DNA of 64,000 bases from Raillietiella orientalis (taxonomy: Eukaryota): contig JAYWIR010000031.1 of NCBI GenBank assembly GCA_036172245.1, positions 1,550,001-1,614,000 of the forward strand, in the 5' to 3' direction. The position numbers and the translations under genes are program-made. Numbering within the stretch: position 1 is the stretch's first letter; every line of letters starts with the position of its first letter. The notes below the pieces were generated by a model. That model was not told where the DNA came from, did no database searches, and saw only the letters and a program-made list of their open reading frames with translations. Shown piece after piece: positions 1-11,620 of the stretch.

Positions 1-212
1 CGTCGGACGGCGAGGACCCTAGTCCCACGGGTCCCTGCGCAAACCGGACGCGGCGGACCTTCTTACTCCTCTTCCTCCTTATCCTCGGCCGTCCGGTGTG
101 ACTGTCCCGATCCCTCGCGCGGTCCGCGAGTGGCCGCCACCGCTGCGGGAGCGGCGCCGCGCTTGCCAGGGAGCCCTGCTACTGCCGCAACACACCGTGT
201 TTACTTTTTCAG

Positions 213-973
213 GTGCGGAGGTGTGGCATCCTAGTTTTCAGACGCCTTCGAGGAGCGAAGAGAAGTCCCCGGTGTTCCTGCTGAACGAGCACGCTCCTGC
301 GCCTACGCCGCCGTCCCCGGAGAGACCGGCGTCGTCCCGTGCCGCGGAGTCCACATGCCCCTCGGCGGCGGCAGTTAAGGTTTTTGTGGAATCCTCAGTC
401 TTCCTACTCTCCTGCATGCTCGCCCTTGGCGCCGGACCGGCAGCCCGAGGCGCACAGCTTTACCCTCCTGGACGACAGACCCCGTACCTCCATCTCTGCC
501 CCTCTTGCAGTTCGGCGCCCCGCGCGACGAGCAGGCGACCCACCACCTGATCATCGTCGAGAGGAAGCCCCTGCCCGCGCCCTCGGAGAACGGCACGGGC
601 GCCTTGTCCCTGCCTCGGAGATCAGGAGCGGGAATTCTCGGCGGAGGCGACGGGGCAGGTCCGACGGGGCGGGCTAACTCGTCGGGAGGCTACCGCTTGC
701 TTTAGGTGCGCGGCCGCTGTCGCAGGCGGCCTCCAACATCGTTTCGACCTTGGAGAAGAAAACGGACATCAGCCGCCTCCCGAAGTTCGAAAACCCATAC
801 GTGACCCTTCTGCACACCAACAGAGGTACCCATTGTGGCAGCGGCCACTCTCTCTCTCTCTGTTCTTCCTCTTTTGCATTCGGGATGCTGTCCAACAACC
901 ATTCGCCAATTTGGAGCCATTCCACCGTGGTGACTCTTCGGCTCTGCTTTCATATTAAGGTTTTCTTTTGTGC

Positions 974-1046
<73 letters not shown>

Positions 1047-4000
1047 TGTTTCTTTTTCTCCTCTCCTCTTTCTCTTTTGCAACAGCTCCAACACGCCTAT
1101 CACATCCTGCACCACCCAATCCATTGAAACGCACATCTCAGTGGAATCATCAGAGACGCGCCCATCCTAATTCCGCAATTACCCGTCTCACTTTGTTTTG
1201 TTGTTTATAGCGAGTCGATCCAAGAGTGCACACGCTGATCGCGAGACAGCCAATCAAACCCAGCTTCCTGTCTGTACTAATGCTGAGATCAGTAAGTGCT
1301 CCAGCCGTCCACGTTCCGTAACAAAAGCTTGCGTTCCACTAACCGTTTCCATCACTGATGGTTTACAGTCACTCGGGATTGTCAGATGACTGCTAGGATA
1401 GTGAAAGGGAACCGTCTAATTCGGGGACTTTGGTTGCAGAGTACAAGATCAGATCGACGGAAGCAGTCGATGGAGAAGACCGCAGGATCGTGCACCTGTC
1501 ACCCAAAAAGTATGAAGGGATCGGCCCGCAGACGAAGGAAGGCATTCCCGTAGGACTGCGATCAGTAAGTTCAGCTCTCGTGTGCTTGTTGGACTTGACG
1601 GCAATCACGGGGGTAGGGACCGGGGGCCCGTTCTACCGACTCCTCGCAACTCTTGTCTTCTTCCCGATTGTCCCCCTCCTCAGATGCAGAGCCGGAATGC
1701 TCATTCGTTGCTTGTCTCGAAACCAGTTGGACCTCTGGAGAGAAACTCTTTCCGGGGCACCCTGTGCTCTTTCTTTTTCCCGTTTACCCAGGACGGACGC
1801 GTTCTTTCCTCCGTAAGTATCAATCAAGGGCCTTTCCCCATATAGCGAGTTCTTGTCCCTTGTCCTGTATCCGTGGCGGTACAGGTAAAATGTCAACGGA
1901 TGGCGGTTCTGACCACGGTTTTGACCACGGTTGTGACCTCCTGATCCGGCAGTTGAATTTCCGATGCTTTGCGGACTTTGGATCATGTCTTTGCGCGTGG
2001 GCGTGTCGCTTGCTGTCTTCTTGTCTTCGAGGCTTATGGAATCGGACGACGCAATTTGCGGATGTGTTAGTGTTGGTGTGTGTATCTCTCTCTCTCTCTC
2101 GTGTGCGTGTGCGTGTGCGTGCGTGCGCGTTCTTTCTCTGTTTCTCGCTCGGGATAGTCAGAACATAAAATTACCTGAAGAGCGCAGAATTACAAAAAGC
2201 TTTTCTGCCAAGCTGCTCCCGCGACTGGCGGTGGCTACACCTACTCTCCTGGTGTTCACGCTGGGGTTTTAAGGATTGGTTGAGCCGTTCTTGGGAGTAT
2301 TCCGAAATTGCCGCTGCGTACAGCACACCTCCTAATTAGCTTTATCGCTCCGATCTTCCACGGAGCACGTGCTCCCTGCAGTTTTTCTATCAAAGTCCCG
2401 TTCTACTCCGAAACGAAAACGCCGTGTTGTCTCGGTCTTCTCTCGAACGTTCTCAATCAATGAGACCAATAAAGGGTATAAAAAGTTATTTGAAAGTACC
2501 TGCGTAACCGGGGTGCTAAATTTGGTTGCGTTGGGGATTATTTTTAGAAAAGCAATAACATGTACAGGAAATGTCTATATAAGAACAATCATCGCATTCG
2601 TTTATGCGGGAAATCAAAGGGAAGTAGCGGGAACATGAAACCTCGGGAGACTGTAAATTGTATGAAGATGAATAATCCTAAATAAAGATTTATCCCTAGT
2701 CGTAAACAGAGATTTCATTACTCACCTTCTGTTCTTCGGTTTTGCAGTGTTTACAAACACAGAGGTGCAAACAACATTCTGCCTTTGCGGAACACAGTTG
2801 AAGTGCGGCACATGCACGTATGTGCGCGCAGTGTACACATGTGTACGTATGTGCATGTAGGCACATGGGGCATGTGCATAATACATTCGTACGCCTTTTC
2901 GCGTGCACCAGAGCAAACATCCAGGGCATACATTGATCCCTCACTGCTGTGGTGCTCCCGAGTCGGGTGATCATGGATTCCTTAGCGGTTTCCTTTTCCC
3001 CCAAATAAAAAGAGCGTGCTGTGATGCTCTTGGTATGTTTCCAGCTGTGCTGAAGAACTTCTTCAGCGGGTTCGTAGATGCCAAATCAGTTTTCACCTTT
3101 TCCATCCTTATCGATTATGTAAGAAATGTCATCACCTCGGGTTGTGAGAAGATAGTCACGAACTCGCGGTTCCCGTCATAGCATCCTTCAGAGAGTGGTG
3201 CATCTTCGTAGCCGTGGAAACCAACTCTCCCGTGAGCCGATGAATGTTGGCATCAGGCAGTCAGTGCTCTGCATTCGTGCGTAGTGCTTTGCTCCTCTTC
3301 CTCACCTTGTAGGTCCTGCATTCCCGAAGTCTTTGTTGCCCACTGTTGCGCAGGGTCTAAAGAAGGCTCGGAGAATGAGTGCGATGGATTGCAACGGACG
3401 TTCCTCATTGAGAGCTCTCCCGCAACGGCTTTCCTCCTTTGTACCACTTCTTCCTTTTCCTTTTTTGAGCAAGCCAATGCATGTTTGCGCGTCAGGTTGC
3501 CCACCTTAAGTACTCGTCGTTTAATAAGGCTTAAAGATGTATACATTTAGCCCACGATCTTATGAGTTTGCGCGACTATATCCGTACTTGTCCGTACTTT
3601 CAGGAAGTGCAAGAGGAAAAGCTGTCTGACTGGTACAAAAAGATGTACAAATCTCTCCACTGCACCGAGCATCCCAGTAAGTAATCGACTGAATCTGGAT
3701 TGCTTGTGCTAGCCGTTGGCTGTCTGTTCATTCCATTGTTTGGTGCTCCTGTGACTTTTTTTCTCAGGAGGCTCTTTTTCAGATGATCGCATACTGGTCA
3801 CCTACAGAACCAAAGGTTTTATTCTCTCACTTTTTTGCAAGTTTTGCTTCCTCTTTTGAATTCTTCTTGGCTTCCTTCTCCGGAAGGAAGATCGCATTTG
3901 TTTTTCCTGGATGGCCTTTGCTCGCTCTTTCAGCTTCAGTCTCACGCTTTTCTTCTTCTTCTTCTCCTCCTCACCTCTTGCTCGATGCTTGCCGTGGCAA

Positions 4001-7000
4001 CCGCAAGCGGCCGCTCCTGGAAATCGCTCGTGCAGGTGCGCCATTCTTGCTGCCTCGCACCGTTGCCTGGCACTGTTCTGCTTCCTGTTGCCGCTTCTCG
4101 CATCGTCTGCTACATCGCCTTTGCATTGCTTTCTTCTGGCCCTAGTTGCCGCCAAAGACGCGTGCCTCAGGGTCGCCCTGCCCTCGTGCTCCGGTCGTCT
4201 TGTGCGGCGGCGGTTCTTGCTTGCCTCCACCGCCACCGCACAAGGCTCTCGGCGCTGCCTCCTCCCGGCATTCGCGCGAAGAAGCGCCGCAGAGCCGTGT
4301 GCATGCGTGTGTGCGTTCCCCCTCCCCTCCCTTTTGCTTCTTTGTCTCCCTCCAAGAACGGAGTCCCTACTCCGGATACGCATCCGAGCCGGAATCGTCT
4401 CCGTCCAAGTACGCGACCTTGGACAGGCGGAGACTTCGCCTGGCGGAAGGCTCCAAATCCAGGTAATGAATGGGACGTGGTGAGTGGGTGGTGCTGTGTG
4501 TGTCTGTGTGTGTGCGTGTGTGCGTGCGTGTGTGTGTGAGGGGGGAGGCAGAAGTGCTCTTTACATGAGAAAATCCTGCGGCAACCAGGGACCACCTGAA
4601 CGAGTTCGCGCTGCGGTACTCAGACAGCGCCAGGGTGTCGCCGAGGAGGATCGAAGACTACGAGCCCGGCAAGTCGTTCGTCAACGAGCGGGAAACCTAC
4701 CAGGTGAACGACGCTCCTCCGCCCCGCCCTTCCTCGCTCCACCCTACCCCTCTTGTCGCCTCCCCTGCGCGCTCACGGAGTCGCTCCCCGCCCTCATCCC
4801 TGCATTCTTCCCGTTCCAGGATTTCCCCTCCTCTTGTGAGGCGCCCCGTGCCAGCAACACCAGGTGAGCCTTCGCTTTCCCGCAGCACCCGTTGCACACT
4901 CAGCTTCCCCTCTCCCCTCTCCCCGGCCTCGCCCTTCTCTCTTCCCCCTTTCCCGGCTTCCCCTTCTCCGCAGGTCGTCTCCGTGGACGAAGGAGCTGAG
5001 CGGCTACCACTCCGACCCCAGCCTCGTCTACCGGAAGCGCAGCCCGCCGCCCGAGCTCGATCCCCGGCAGCAAAAGCTACAGTACCGGGATGTGCAGAGG
5101 GGAGGGGAAGTTCCCTTCCAGGGACTCCGGAAGTTCATCCCCGAGCGCCGGAAAGGTCAGTCCGGACCGCGCGCTTGCGCCCGGTCTCCTCCTCCTCCCT
5201 CCCCCCTCCGTATCTTCCCCCTCCGCACGAAAGGGCCTCTTCTCTCTCTGACCCCTCCGGAAGGAACGCCCTTCATGCCGCATGCACACACCCCTCCCAG
5301 GGAATCCTCGTGGACCCCTGCTCGGTCCGCACCCCCCGGCGTTGCCCGGGTGCCCCTCGCACGGCACGTTGTTCTCCCTCTCTTCCTCTTCCCACCTCCT
5401 GTTCCCCTCCCCCTCCCTGCGGTGCCGCCACCTGCACTTTGTTTGGAATTCCAGGTGGCGCGGCGGCGCCCGTGCCCCGGACTGGGGTCCACAAAGTCCT
5501 CTCCACCTCGTTCGCTCCCCGGTCGCCTCTTCCCGCGCCTCCCGACCGCCAGTCGTCCAGGCGACGCCCCTGCCCGACGCGCGAAGTGGGCCACTCGGGG
5601 AAGACTGCGACGACCTCGCTCCACCCTACCGCCCGGGCAACGGACGCGAGCCGCTCGGGGCCGACCTCGCAGCAGCCCGAAGGTCGCCGAAGAAGTGCTG
5701 CCATCGCCTCGCCCGCGGGCGCTGCGCCAGGCGGCCCGCTGCGGCCCTCCGCGTACACCTCGGCGAGTTTTCGCCGCGGTCGCTGCTGCGTCCTGGCTCC
5801 CCCGGAGGTTCCTCCGCTCCCCGGAGGCGCCGGAATCCGCCAACATCCAGCTGTCGCCACCACCCGCTTCGTCCCCGGGGGCCGCCCGGCGTTCGGCTGC
5901 AGCGCCGCCAGAGCCGTCTGTGCTCCGTCTGTGCCGCGGCCGGACGCCTCCCCGTCTTCGGCCGCCGGCGCCGCCTCGAGGAGGGACACTGCCTTCTCGG
6001 CGCCTTCCCGAAGGAGACGGCAGCAGCAGCCGTCTGCCCCTTCCCGCGCGGGCGAGGCCAAGATGCCGTCCTCCCGCCCGCTGCTCTCCCCGGCGCTCGT
6101 CGGGGCCGCCGCGCACGGGCCGCTGCCGGAGCGCAGCCGCCGCACCCGTGGCCCTTTCTCCTTCGCCTCCGGCGAGGGCTCCCCGCTGGACCTCGACCTG
6201 GACGTTTGGCCGCTGCCTCTGCCGCTGGCCCTGCTCCTGCTGCACGCCGAAGCGGGCATCCGGGGGCGCTCCGCGGAGCGCAGCGTCCACTCCCTCGCGC
6301 GGGCGTCGCTCCCCCCCCGCCGTGAGTGTCGTGCCGTTCCAGGTGCAGAGTCTCCCAGGGCGTTGCCGCTCTCTGCCGATGACTTCTCGCTGCGCCGCCT
6401 GGAGAGCCACGACGTCTGCGCCGCCTCCTGGCTACGCGACCTGCGCAGGAGCTTCCTCGCTCGCTGGGGGGGCGCCACTGTCCCGCCTGCGCCCCGTTGC
6501 CGCCGAGAGGAGGACGCTTGGGGCGACCCTGAGAGCGGAGGCTCCGACCTCTCCCAGTGCTCCCCCCGCACCTGCTACTCCTTCCCCGGGTCGGATGCCT
6601 CCGGCGAATCTTCCTCCAGGAGCAGCTTCTTCCTCCTCCTCCGGCCGGGGACAGACCCCCCGCCGTGGGGTCGGAAGCGGGCCACAGCTGGGCATCTCGT
6701 GCCTAGGTGGCCCCGCAGGGTGGCATCTCAGCCCAACGTGCGCAGCCTGGTCGACCTCTACGAGTGTCTGCGGCATCGTTCTGCCTCCCTCCTTCCTCCT
6801 GCCTCGAAGGGTGGCTACCTGCCTGCCCTTTCTCGGTCCTGCGAGGGTCTCGCCCTCTTACGGCGCGCCGGCAGTGGCCTCCTGGCAGCGGAGGACTGGC
6901 GCGGCCGCCCCCGCACGCGGTGCTGGCGCGCCTACCTCGTGCGCGTACGCACGGGGGAAGTCCGGCGACTGAGGGAGCGCTTTGAAAGCCTGCGGTCCCC

Positions 7001-9169
7001 GCCCTGCCCTGCGGAGGCCTTCTGTCCCGAGGACCTTCCTCCGCGTTCCTCCAGGGTCGGAAGGAGGCCGCTGAAGAGGAGGCATGAAGAGAGGCACCGG
7101 GGAAAGGCCGCGAAGGGCCAGCTCGGGGCTCCTCCTCCGCTGCCGCCGCCGCCGTCTGCGCGGTCGGCTGGCGAGTCGCGGCTCGTGCGGCGGGCGCGCA
7201 CTGGTGATGTGGGGCGGCTGGCGCGCCGGTTCGAGTCCATGGCCGACCTGCGGCAGCTGCGCGGGCAGATGCGCGCCTCGACCCCGGACCTGCGGGAGCG
7301 CTCCGGGAGCCCTGCTGGCGTCCTTCGGAGGTGGGCGTCCCACCAGCTGGACAGCGGTGGCGGGGCGGTGGCGGAGAAGCGGCACGTCACGTGGAGGGTG
7401 GCGGGCGAGGCTGCGGCGGCGCCGGCGGTAGCCTCGCCCCCTCCCTGCTCATCCCCCCACTCCGCAGTCGACGCCGCCGCCCTCCAACGGAGAGACGGCA
7501 GCTGCGCCCGCCGAGAAGGCAACGTCGTCACCTCCGGAGCAGCCACTTCCGTCAAAGGTTAACGTCTGGCACGGGCTTCTTGCACAGCCCCACTCTCCCT
7601 TTGACTGCTGATGGTGTGTGGGGATGTGTGCAGTGATGGTGATGGCGGTGGTGGCCCTGGTGATGGTGCAGCAGCTCGCCTCCCCTCCTCCTCCCTCCTT
7701 CAGGTGCTCTACACAGGCACGCACGCACGCACACGCATGCACGCACGCACCTGGAACGACCCTGCTACTCTTCTGGTTCCCGCACCCGACTGTCCGGGGA
7801 AGGGGCGCGCACCCGCTGGCGGCCGACCGACAGGGGAGGTGGGTGGCCGAGCAGCGGCGACTCGCTCTCGCCGTCACTCCTCTCGGGGCGAGGATTCGGG
7901 AGAGGCGCGTCTCTAGTGTGTGGGGGCGGCGGCGCCACCTGCCGGTTCCTCCTCCGCAGCGACCCTGGGCTTCCCTTCCCGCGAGTCTCATGGGGCGCGT
8001 CCTTCCAGACGGACACCGCTTTTTGGAGAGCGAGGTCAACATCCACTACCGTAGCCCCGTGCGGGTGCTGGAGCGCCGCCAGCTCGAGGAGGAGGAGGCG
8101 CGGAAGAAGCGCGAGAAGGCACGCGCGTGCGAGGAGGAAAAACGCAAGAAGCACCAGGAGGAGCTGAGCGAGGCGGACAAGAGGAGGCACCACGACTTCA
8201 TCTCGTGAGTGGCTGCGGCGAAAGGGAGACGAGGGAGGGGCAGCTCGGGAGAAGTTCCCTCTATCTTCCCACCCCCTTCCTTCTCTCCGCAGTCCGCTGC
8301 AGAAGTCCCCCATCGACCTGCACCGCTACGATGACGACCCCCGCCCGGCATCGGACCGCGGGGCGCCGTCGCTTTCCGCTAGGGCGCTGTACGATTTCCG
8401 GGCGCAGACGAGCCGCGAGCTGACATTCTCGAAGAACGACGTGCTGCGCGTGCGCCGCAGAGTGGACGGCAACTGGTACGAGGGGGAGCACGAGGGCCGC
8501 ACCGGCATCTTCCCCGTCTCGTACGTCGAGGTAAGGCCCGCCTTGTCGCGCCCCTCCTCTGTACGCGCACCTCCCCCCGACTCTTTTCCCACCGAGCAGA
8601 TCCTGAGCCCCGAGGTTCTCTCCCGTGGCGACCGCGTGGGGCACGGCAGGGCCAAGTTCGACTTCATGGCCGCCTCTCCCGCCGAGCTGTCCATCCGCAA
8701 AGGTGAGTGCTCGGGCGTAGGCGTCAGGTGGCGCGGCACGCGCCTTCTTTCCATCCTTCCAGGAGAGGTGGTGGAGCTTATCCGCAGGATCGACACCAAC
8801 TGGTACGAGGGCCGCTGCGCCTCCAGGCGCGGCATCATCCCGGCTTCCTACGTGGACGTCCTTCTCGAGCCCGCGTGGGGGACGCCGTCGCCGGCAGCGG
8901 CGCCTCCTCGTGCCTCCTCCGAGCCACCCCAGCCGCGCGCCCCGTCCCCGGCCCTGTACACGGCTCTGTACGGCTACCGCCCGCAGATCGACGACGAGCT
9001 GGAGCTGCGCCGGGGAGACGTGGTGGAGGTCCTGGAGCGGTGCGACGACGGCTGGTACGTCGGCAGGTCCCGGCGGACGGGACTCCTCGGCACGTTCCCC
9101 GGGAACTACGTCCACAAGGTGGCGGACAGCGGCGGGTCTCCAAGGTGCCGCCCGCCCTCGCAGCTCTGA
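213..9169 (+). CDS. CAP: CAP / sorbin and SH3 domain-containing adaptor (SORBS/vinexin family), 5'-partial spliced gene
   Basis: Phase-consistent GT-AG exons: 213-379, 511-658, 706-825 (PKFENPYVTLLHTNR), probable 1211-1291, 1440-1564 (KYEGIGPQTKEGIPVGLRS) joined to 3604-3676 (DWYKKMYKSLH) forming the SoHo domain, 3783-3815, 4357-4462 (GYASEPE..KYATLDRRR), 4628-4703, 4820-4863, 4974-5155 (GGEVPFQGLRK), optional 5455-7557, 8009-8204 (EVNIHYRSPVR), 8293-8530 (SH3-1 ARALYDF..WYEG..GIFPVSYV), 8600-8702 and 8763-9169 (SH3-2 and SH3-3, stop TGA ending 9169). The start codon was not located and is probably upstream of the window. Confidence 0.93.
970..1043. repeat. (GT)n microsatellite in a CAP intron
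   Basis: About 33 uninterrupted GT units preceded by GTGC units. Confidence 0.97.
2760..3550 (-). mobile_element. possible decayed hAT DNA-transposon fragment in a CAP intron
   Basis: Minus-strand translation near 3030-3085 gives LASTNPLKKFFSTAGNI, resembling the hAT C-terminal dimerisation motif (A-S/T-S-x-P-x-E-R-x-F-S-x-A-G). A palindromic purine-pyrimidine patch lies downstream at 2805-2880, with a CAG-starting candidate terminus at about 2760. No intact ORF. Confidence 0.35.
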
Positions 9170-9874
9170 GCCGCGCTCCGCCTTCTGTGCTCGAGCGACA
9201 TCCAGCGGAAGACAAGCAAACAAAAAAAAAAAAAAAAGACGACGACGACAGAGAGAGCAGCGCGCCATCTCGACGCTTTTCACTTAGCGAAAGGGTGTTG
9301 TCCGGGTTGGGTGGTCATTGCCACCGGCTTCCCCTTTCTCCTCTCAAGGCGGCCCTTCGGACAAAAGGTGATCAACTTTGCTGCCACCAGGACAGAGCGG
9401 AAAAAGGGAGAGCCGCTGCTCCCACGTGAGGAGAATGGAGTGGGGAAAGAGGATAGGGAACAGGAAGGGCAGCATAAGTTCTTCATCCGGGTCCGGGAGA
9501 GTCCAGAAATGCTTCTGGCGTCCGGGAGGCACGCGCGCGCCGCAAGAAGAGGAAATCCCGGAGAGACGCGTCTGAGAATTCGTGGACGAGCGGGCGCGCC
9601 TTAACCTCTTGACAGAAAACCGTGATCGTTTCCTAGGCGGCCCGCGAGCCCTACCACCCTACTAAAAGAGTGAGGCGGGAGAACCCACGCACGCAGGAAA
9701 GGCAGTGAAAAAGAAAGGAAACTCAGCAGCGCTTTCCTTATGGTTTGAATGCTAAATGCAGCAACCCTCGTCCGTCCAACAGTTAAAAGGAGCCAGAGCA
9801 TCCGAGTTCTTGTGCGCAGCGAAAAGCACCACCGCCCAACAGCAAGAATGCCACAACTTAATCGAAATCAATTT

Positions 9875-9880
9875 TTTATT
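9875..9880 (-). promoter_or_regulatory. polyadenylation signal AATAAA of the O-methyltransferase gene
   Basis: TTTATT on the + strand, about 27 nt past the minus-strand stop codon at 9907. Confidence 0.65.
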
Positions 9881-9906
9881 CAATGGAGGCGGTTGCTTCC
9901 CCACGA

Positions 9907-11620
9907 TCACTTCAAAAAGCAAAGGGTGACCCCATCGCTAATGCTCAGCAAAGACATATATATTCTGTCGTCTTTGCATAAGAAATCATTCAGTTTCCTG
10001 GTTTCGCAAGTAGAAGGGTCGTTCTGTGAAGGGTCCAACACATTCCTCTTCCACAGCATATTGTCGAAGCAGATGATGCCCCCGGAGCGCACCAACTTCA
10101 GGCACCGCTCGTAGTAGTTCAAGTAGTTCACCTTATCTGAAACAAAGGAGGCCACTGAGCGTTTTCCAGAAAGACAAAGCCGGTGTCGCGGACTTCACCC
10201 CGCTGACACGCCGCCGCTAGCGTTTCCAGAGACCCACAGTCCGAACGGCACGCGAAGGCATCCGCCCCACTCAACACAACCGCAGTGTCCGTTCAGACCC
10301 CCTCTCGGTAGCTTAGCTGCCCACCCCGCGGGTGGGAAGCCTGCCGCATGCAACCGGCCCCAGCGTCCTCTCCCCCAGGGGATGCTGCGCGCATCTCCGG
10401 CATCACCAGGATTCCGGCAGCGACTCGATAACAGCCCGCAAGAAAGCGCGTTGTCTGCGTCCCGTGACGAATCCGCCAGCGAGCCGGGGCGGACGCGCGC
10501 GGAGCGAGTGGGCAGCAGGAAAAGAGGAAGATCCTCTTCTAATCGGGGAGTCCGCGACGGCCGGATGCGACCTCTGGGAATCGGCGGACGGGGCTGAGGT
10601 TCCGCACAAGCCGGGCGTGCGGGCTCATCCGGCGATGCCCGGGCAAATTCTTCGCTTCACCTCGCCGGAGCGCCTTCGCGTAAGGAGGAAAGGGTGGGAC
10701 GCGGTTCCCTCTGTCCGAGGGGACGGCGGAAGGCAACTCGCGCGTAACCTCCAGCCGTGCCGTCCTTGGCACCAGTTGGCACGGGCAGTAGGTCCCGCGC
10801 TTCCGAGCAGCGCCTGCAGCAGTCCTGCCGTCTTCCGAGCCCTCAGCATGACGTGCGCTCGAGCCGAGGCACAGCGAGATGGACGAGCGGACCCTACGCT
10901 GCGGATGCTCTGCTTTGCAACCACGGCCCACCACCGTGTCGAGTCTCCCCGGGGCGCGTGCCCCATCTCCGGCCGTCGTATCCGCTCGTGGTTTCCTGGG
11001 CATTTGGACACACCCCTCGCTCCGAGCGCCGCCGCGCGTGCGGAATAGGTCGCAGGGCACGACCGCACTGGAGGGACCACCTGCATCGATGAAGGCAAAG
11101 TCGAACGATTTTTCTTCTCCGCCTGCGAGCAGCTCATCCAGCGACTGCAGCGCAGGTCCGATTTTCAGCCGTATTTTGTGGTCCACGCCTGCCTGCTTCC
11201 AAAACGGTTTCCCTGGAAGCGGGACTGTCCGTGCAATCCCGGACGCAGTCGAGCGACGTTACCGATGTCTGCATATTCTTCGCTGATGTCCAGTCCGACG
11301 ACCACGCCGTCGTCCGGCATGGCCAGGGCCACCCCCATCGCGTTGAATCCCGTGTACACGCCGATCTCCAGCGCTTTCTTGGCTTTCAGGACTCGGATCA
11401 AATTCATGTTGAGCTGGACGACCTCGACGTCAGCTTTCATAGCGTGCTGAGAGTGGCTGAGCGTAGCAGAAATGAGAGCCTCTTGTGCGGGATGAAGTCT
11501 AAAGAGAAAGGTCAATGTTGTAGGTGGAAGGACTGCTTACTTCATGGAGTGGTTGAGGACGTATTTCCTCTCTTCGTCGAGTGTTCCTTTCGTGCTTTTC
11601 CAAAGAGCGTTGGCCTCCAT
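9907..11620 (-). CDS. COMTD1: catechol O-methyltransferase domain-containing protein (COMTD1 / caffeoyl-CoA OMT-like, Methyltransf_3 family), about 225 aa
   Basis: Exons complement(11541-11620, 11263-11498, 11081-11212, 9907-10136), all GT-AG and in phase, 678 nt in total. Protein MEANALWKSTKG..LEIGVYTGFNA (SAM motif I)..GLDISEEY..FDFAFIDADKVNYLNYYE..GGIICFDNMLW..SISDGVTLCFLK. The DADK and DN metal/catechol-binding residues are kept. Confidence 0.93.

Noticed and set aside
2460..2760. AT-rich stretch with CCAAT, TATAAAA and AATAAA resembling a solo LTR or internal promoter
   Set aside because: No second LTR, primer-binding site or target duplication was identified; such motifs arise by chance in AT-rich introns.
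4864..6972. 702-aa ORF and the 417/432-aa antisense ORFs overlapping CAP
   Set aside because: Shadow frames of very GC-rich DNA. Only 4974-5155 of the 702-aa frame is a real CAP exon; the rest is Arg/Pro/Ala low complexity with no domain.
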